Source: Achromobacter sp. (GTDB taxonomy: Bacteria > Pseudomonadota > Gammaproteobacteria > Burkholderiales > Burkholderiaceae_B). From it: DNA of 64,000 nucleotides. The notes below the pieces were generated by a model. That model was not told the DNA's origin and did not search any database. It was given only the letters and a program-made list of their open reading frames with translations. A program made the translations under genes and the position numbers. Below, one piece after another: positions 59,919 to 64,000 of this stretch. The stretch spans positions 55,113-119,112 of the forward strand of contig NZ_DAMDGT010000002.1 in assembly GCF_032102605.1 (NCBI RefSeq), read 5' to 3'. Position 1 is the first letter of the stretch; each line of letters opens with the position of its first letter.

Positions 59919-60289
59919 GGCGTTCTCCTTGGCCTTTGTAAGGCGCTGACGCAGACGGCCTCGATAACTGAATGGGCTCGCTGCGGATGGTTGGGCGATG
60001 CGCCCATAAGGGCCGAGCAAAGCTACTTTTGAAGAATTATAAATTGGCGCTTTATTCAACGTAAAGCATCAATTAATATTAGCCTGACCAAAAGATGTAT
60101 CCATGCCTCGTTGAATTTGGTTCTGCCAATGAAAAACGCCCCAAACCGTGGAACGGCCGGGGCGCTAGTCTCGTCGGATGAAGCGACTTGGAGAGAGTCG
60201 TTGACGATGCACAACGAGCGATGCATCGAGTGGAATTAAAGCATAGCTAAATTTGCTCCGTAAGGGGCAAGCACGCCAAATTTTGCGAC

Positions 60290-61111
60290 ATGACCATGCC
60301 AACCGAATTTATCGAACCGTCCGCGAATGGCCCAACTGCTGAGGCGTACGGCGAACTGTACGTGGCGTTCGAGCATTTCAACCGGACCATGTTCGACGCG
60401 CAGCTCCCACCGTGCCTCATAACGCTGCAACGGCGCAAAGGCACCTATGGCTACTTCTCGAAGGGCCGCTTCGTACGACGAGGCACGGGCGACATGGTCG
60501 ACGAAATTGCTTTGAACCCGGCCTACTTCGCAAGTCAGACGATCAAGAACACGCTCTCCACCCTGGTTCACGAACAAGTCCACCAATGGCAGCGCCATTT
60601 CGGGAGCTTCAGCCGGCGCGGGTACCACAACAAGGAATGGGCGGACAAAATGGAATCCATCGGACTAATCCCGTCCCACACGGGCAAGCCAGGCGGGCGC
60701 AAGACGGGTCAGCAGATGGATCATTACATCGAGGCCGGCGGCGCCTTCGACTTGGCTTGCGACTCGCTGCTCACCCGCGAATTCACGCTTTCCTGGCTCG
60801 ATCGTTTTCCTGCCGAGCGGCTTCCTGTCGGTCCTACGCCGGTTGCCACGACCATTCCGCCGGCCACGTCAGACGCGCTGACGACGACACCCGGAATCAC
60901 ATCGACGGCATACCTAGGGCTAGGTCGGGCCGAATCCGTACTTGCGCTTCCCTCGGGCGATCCGGTCAATCGGTCCAACCGCGTCAAATACCGATGCGCG
61001 ACTTGCCTCACTCAGGTTTGGGGAAAGCCCAATCTGAAGCTTAGGTGCGGTATCCCGATGTGCCGCAACGCCCCCTTCGAGGAGTGCGGAGCAATTACGC
61101 AATGCCCATAG
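60290..61111 (+). CDS. SprT-like zinc metalloprotease domain protein with C-terminal zinc ribbon
   Basis: KGTYGYFSKGRF...EIALNPAYF...LSTLVHEQVHQWQ (HExxH) and C-terminal YRCATCLTQVWGKPNLKLRCGIPMC. Confidence 0.7.
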   Translation: MTMPTEFIEPSANGPTAEAYGELYVAFEHFNRTMFDAQLPPCLITLQRRKGTYGYFSKGRFVRRGTGDMVDEIALNPAYFASQTIKNTLSTLVHEQVHQWQRHFGSFSRRGYHNKEWADKMESIGLIPSHTGKPGGRKTGQQMDHYIEAGGAFDLACDSLLTREFTLSWLDRFPAERLPVGPTPVATTIPPATSDALTTTPGITSTAYLGLGRAESVLALPSGDPVNRSNRVKYRCATCLTQVWGKPNLKLRCGIPMCRNAPFEECGAITQCP

Positions 61112-61183
61112 CACATAACGCCATTCCCATCACTCAAAGCGCCTTACTGACACCCAACGGGAAACCTCCCAGACGACTCCATC

Positions 61184-61810
61184 ATGAGCACCGAACCCGC
61201 TACCCAGAAGCGCCTAACCGTGCGCGAGCTGCAAACCATCCTCACCGATTGCGATCCAGACGCGATCGTGGATTTGACTCTGCCGGGCTTCATCGACGTG
61301 AGCGATAAACAAATTGTTGACGATCCTGATCTAGTGAGCGATGCGTACGGCTTCGTGCCGCATGTCGAGGCCTTCTACAGGACCGGGAAAGACATGCCCT
61401 ATGAGCACTTTTTCGGCGACGACGGCGCCCCCCGTCCGGGCGTAAAGCCTAATGCAGTGTCCATCGCCATTCCCCGGGACGACGTCGAAAAGCTGTACCG
61501 AGACCGCAAGCGTGCCATCGAGCTCGACGATCCCGCGTTGGAGCCGGAGCCAGCGACCGCCGACGCCAACACCGTTATCGTGGACGTGCGACTCTCGCGA
61601 GAGCTTCACACCACCATCCGACAGTTGTTGCGCCAGCTCAACGGCTCGCACCAGGTCAAGATAGAGCAAGGCTGCACACATGGCCTGCTAACCGTTGCGG
61701 GTGCGCTGGAAATGCTTGCGGAAGACCTCGGCATGGTCGGGAGCCGGCCCGGTTCCTGGGAAGGCTCAAACATGGCCCAGGTGCTCGCTTCACACGGCTA
61801 CGACAATTGA
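61184..61810 (+). CDS. Hypothetical protein
   Basis: 208-aa acidic ORF followed by a bidirectional terminator. Confidence 0.45.
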   Translation: MSTEPATQKRLTVRELQTILTDCDPDAIVDLTLPGFIDVSDKQIVDDPDLVSDAYGFVPHVEAFYRTGKDMPYEHFFGDDGAPRPGVKPNAVSIAIPRDDVEKLYRDRKRAIELDDPALEPEPATADANTVIVDVRLSRELHTTIRQLLRQLNGSHQVKIEQGCTHGLLTVAGALEMLAEDLGMVGSRPGSWEGSNMAQVLASHGYDN

Positions 61811-61904
61811 GCGGCATCCTCGCCGGGCTCGCCCACGCTGGCACATGCACGCCTGCCCCGGCAGGAGTGCCTTCGTGGAGAACTGACCGCCCCCTGTCGA
61901 GGGC

Positions 61905-61936
61905 AAAAAAAAACCCTCGAACGAATCGAGGGTTTT
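61905..61936. terminator. Bidirectional rho-independent terminator
   Basis: A9-CCCTCGA-ACGAA-TCGAGGG-T4 between convergent genes. Confidence 0.75.
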
Positions 61937-61948
61937 CCGGGCGACGTG

Positions 61949-62077
61949 TCACGCTGGATGGTGACCCGACTCGCGCTGTTTCTCACGGTCAGTCTTCACG
62001 ACGTTGTTGGCGACGAACAGGCCGAAACCAACGACGGCCGCAAGGACGCCAAGCATTACAGCGGTTCCGAGATCCAT
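61949..62077 (-). CDS. Small single-TM protein (42 aa)
   Basis: AAGGAG RBS then MDLGTAVMLGVLAAVVGFGLFVANNVVKTDREKQRESGHHPA. The ATG lies 1 nt after the upstream stop. Confidence 0.4.
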   Translation of the reverse strand: MDLGTAVMLGVLAAVVGFGLFVANNVVKTDREKQRESGHHPA

Positions 62078-62078
62078 A

Positions 62079-62459
62079 TCAGTCTCCTTGCTTCGTGCCG
62101 TAGAACAAACTGGCCAGAGCCAATGATAGCACCATCCCAAGGGACAGCCCAACCAACTTTACGTACAACACCCACGTTGCCGCACCCCAGTTTGTTTCAA
62201 ACGCCACAGTAGCGGCCCCGACACAACTGGCGATCGCAACACCCACAAAGAACTGGCCGAAGGCCTCTCTTTGCTTGCCTACGGGGTAGGTCAACGAGCG
62301 CCAAAGAGGCCCAAACAGGTTCCTTTTCAGGTTGCCGAACATCTCCCGCGTGGGCGGGTGGTAGAACTCCGCCACTAGCCACATTAGGGCCAGGGGGCTG
62401 AGAATCAAGAACGCAATAAGCATCACCCCTCCTAGATACAGATAGTAACATCCGCGCAC
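62079..62459 (-). CDS. Small polytopic membrane protein
   Basis: 126-aa ORF with 3-4 hydrophobic segments. Start uncertain. Confidence 0.4.
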   Translation of the reverse strand: MRGCYYLYLGGVMLIAFLILSPLALMWLVAEFYHPPTREMFGNLKRNLFGPLWRSLTYPVGKQREAFGQFFVGVAIASCVGAATVAFETNWGAATWVLYVKLVGLSLGMVLSLALASLFYGTKQGD

Positions 62460-62510
62460 GCACGAGGCCCGTGCGGTGCCGGAATCTCTCTCAGTAGCCC
62501 TAGGTCGTCT

Positions 62511-63011
62511 TCATGCCCCGGTGGCTGGCTCCCGCCAATAAAAAACCCGGTTCCAGAATGGAACCGGGTTGGGGTCAGTCAATGGCCTGGAGGATCTCGC
62601 GCGCCTCAGCATGGCCGCACGCGAAATCTCGCAGAGCCATGTACAGGTCGAGATGGTTTTCTGTTGGCTTTGGCACGCAAGCGCGTAGAAGCCAAAAAGG
62701 CACGCAATGATGCCCGCCGCCTCCACCGATACCTCGCCGCTATAGCCGTTCATCGCCTGCACGACGCGAACGCGCTCCTTCTGCATGGAGGGCACCATGA
62801 AGAAGCCCCCATTCGACAGCTCGAAAAACTCCCAATAGCCGCCGCGGTATTCGCTGCACAGCATTTCCATGTGGTTGTACACCTGCGCCTCGCCGATCAT
62901 GAGGTACCGGAGGCCAGGCCCAAAGTACTTGGGAAGGATCGACAGTCGTCGATCCCCAGACACCTTAGTCGCCTGAATGACGTCCGTACCCTCTTCAACT
63001 GCTGCATTCAT
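62511..63011 (-). CDS. Antirestriction protein (KlcA/ArdB / YfjX-type, Pfam Antirestrict-like)
   Basis: GGAGAG RBS then ATG at 63011. EAQVYNHMEMLCSEYRGGYWEFFELSNGGFFMVP parallels the conserved GGYW.FY.LSNGGFYM core of this family (from memory). Confidence 0.65.
   Translation of the reverse strand: MNAAVEEGTDVIQATKVSGDRRLSILPKYFGPGLRYLMIGEAQVYNHMEMLCSEYRGGYWEFFELSNGGFFMVPSMQKERVRVVQAMNGYSGEVSVEAAGIIACLFGFYALACQSQQKTISTCTWLCEISRAAMLRRARSSRPLTDPNPVPFWNRVFYWREPATGA
62537..62568 (-). terminator. Terminator-like hairpin inside the last ~19 codons of the antirestriction ORF
   Basis: CCCGGTTCC-AGAA-GGAACCGGG stem with an A run on the plus strand (T run on minus). Confidence 0.5.
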
Positions 63012-63062
63012 ACTCTCTCTCCAAAAGGTCCGGCGGAATGCCGGGTTGCCGATTGAAGGTAT

Positions 63063-63533
63063 GTGGTCTGCATTCCTCGGTGGATGCCTTGGCACGCCCT
63101 ACCCCCGAAAAAAAGCGCCTGGAATGGACGGAATGGCAGACTACTGTATATTTATACAGTAACGGAGACTCTGGTATGCCCCACGACAAACATCCGCCCC
63201 CCCTTGACGTTCGCCCAGATCAGGGCACTTTTCGACGCTGATCCAACGGATGCCGCCCGCGCATACTGTTGGGAGATTGCGCGGCTTCACGCCCATCTCC
63301 TTGCGGCCTTTCGGGTCTATGAGTACTGCCAGGAAATGTGGCAAGAGGCCGTGCGCAACGGCGAACAGATGAAGGTGATGCCCGGCTCCCTGCTACTGAT
63401 GGAACACAAATCAGCGCTGCTACGGGAACCCTGCGTGCAGGCCCGTCTTGATGAGCAATGGAAGGACCGGGACAAGCCGTTCACGAGGTACTACCCGGTC
63501 AGAGATCTGGATCAGCGCCCAGACCGTGTCTGA
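63063..63533 (+). CDS. Hypothetical protein
   Basis: ORF-track entry with a GTG start. The conserved-looking part begins around LTFAQIRALFDADPTDAARAYCWEIARL. Start uncertain. Confidence 0.35.
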   Translation: MVCIPRWMPWHALPPKKSAWNGRNGRLLYIYTVTETLVCPTTNIRPPLTFAQIRALFDADPTDAARAYCWEIARLHAHLLAAFRVYEYCQEMWQEAVRNGEQMKVMPGSLLLMEHKSALLREPCVQARLDEQWKDRDKPFTRYYPVRDLDQRPDRV

Positions 63534-63818
63534 CGCCTACTGCTGGTGCTGGCCATCGTTGACCTCCATTCCGCTCGGAGCTGACCGGCATGCTTGAGCT
63601 GACCAGCGGCAGCATGCGACCCATAGCAGCCGGTCAGGATGGGCTCCTAACGGCCGAGTGCAGCCGACGGCGAAACCAGACTCCCTGCGGTGCGCCTTGT
63701 GATCACCCTACCAGCATTACCATCAAGTGGGGGTACGATTCCGACCATACCAAAGCGGCTGTAGTGACTGTATCTTCAGCTCGTCAAAGGCCGCCCGTCA
63801 CTCAAGACTAGGTTTCAC

Positions 63819-64000
63819 ATGCCAGAAGTCGCGCTCGTTCCAAAGTTCTTGAAATCATTCGCCGCAGAGCACGGGCTCAAAGTTCACGACTGTCTCTACG
63901 GCGCTATTGAAATTGGAGGCGAGTTTCCGATTCAGCAATCCGCTGCCGCCGTGTACGGGATCTGGGCTCACATGCCCGCAGCCCCCATGACCGGGCTAGC
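63819..64000 (+). CDS. Hypothetical protein, 5' part only (runs off the window)
   Basis: ATG at 63819 gives MPEVALVPKFLKSFAAEHGLKVHDCLYGAIEIGGEF..., open to the window end. Confidence 0.35.
   Translation, partial: MPEVALVPKFLKSFAAEHGLKVHDCLYGAIEIGGEFPIQQSAAAVYGIWAHMPAAPMTGL

Larger units (their letters stand above)
24326..64000. mobile_element. ICE-like or plasmid-derived mobile region (MOBH relaxase plus F-like T4SS genes); right end beyond the window, left end not defined
   Basis: Holds a tyrosine recombinase, ParM cassette, traW/traU/trbC/traN, dsbC, primase, TraI-like HD relaxase, ssb, parB-like, SprT-like and antirestriction genes. No att site or tRNA was recognised. Confidence 0.6.

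Noticed and set aside
60236-60628. 130-aa minus-strand ORF overlapping the SprT-like gene start
   Set aside because: It is antisense to a frame containing the SprT HExxH core, and no motif or RBS was found.

Overview
High-GC, Burkholderiaceae-like DNA (inference from composition and the many DUF4148-type small proteins) with two parts. (1) Positions 1-21.9 kb are a heavy-metal resistance island. It holds czcCBA-type HME-RND efflux genes, three paralogous OmpR-family metal response regulators but only one sensor kinase, and an SPC-type (P1B-4-like) P-type ATPase. It also holds a porin, a DUF305 protein, five DUF4148-like secreted proteins and a GT2/GT39/GT1 glycosyltransferase trio. A recurring ATTRCA-N4-YGTAAT inverted repeat sits in its promoter regions. 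(2) After a decayed IS3-family element (about 22.2-23.4 kb), the rest of the window to 64 kb looks like an integrative/conjugative element of the MOBH-relaxase, F-like T4SS type. It contains a tyrosine recombinase co-operonic with a ParM cassette, and a traW-traU-trbC-traN block with no other T4SS genes next to it. It also contains DsbC, a CHC2/Toprim primase, a TraI-like HD relaxase next to a RecG-like helicase, SSB, a ParB-like protein, an SprT-like protein and an antirestriction protein. Between these backbone genes lies a cargo block (49.9-55.1 kb). It encodes a KAP P-loop NTPase with an unknown partner, two adjacent proteins each carrying an RNxIAH (HEPN Rx4H) motif, and a stand-alone FtsH/M41-like HExxH peptidase. 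This block is my best candidate for an undescribed defence or abortive-infection system. A 12-gene operon of small unknown proteins (36.7-40.8 kb), including a membrane-anchored NERD nuclease, is a second candidate. All family calls come from motif recognition by eye, and no database search was run.
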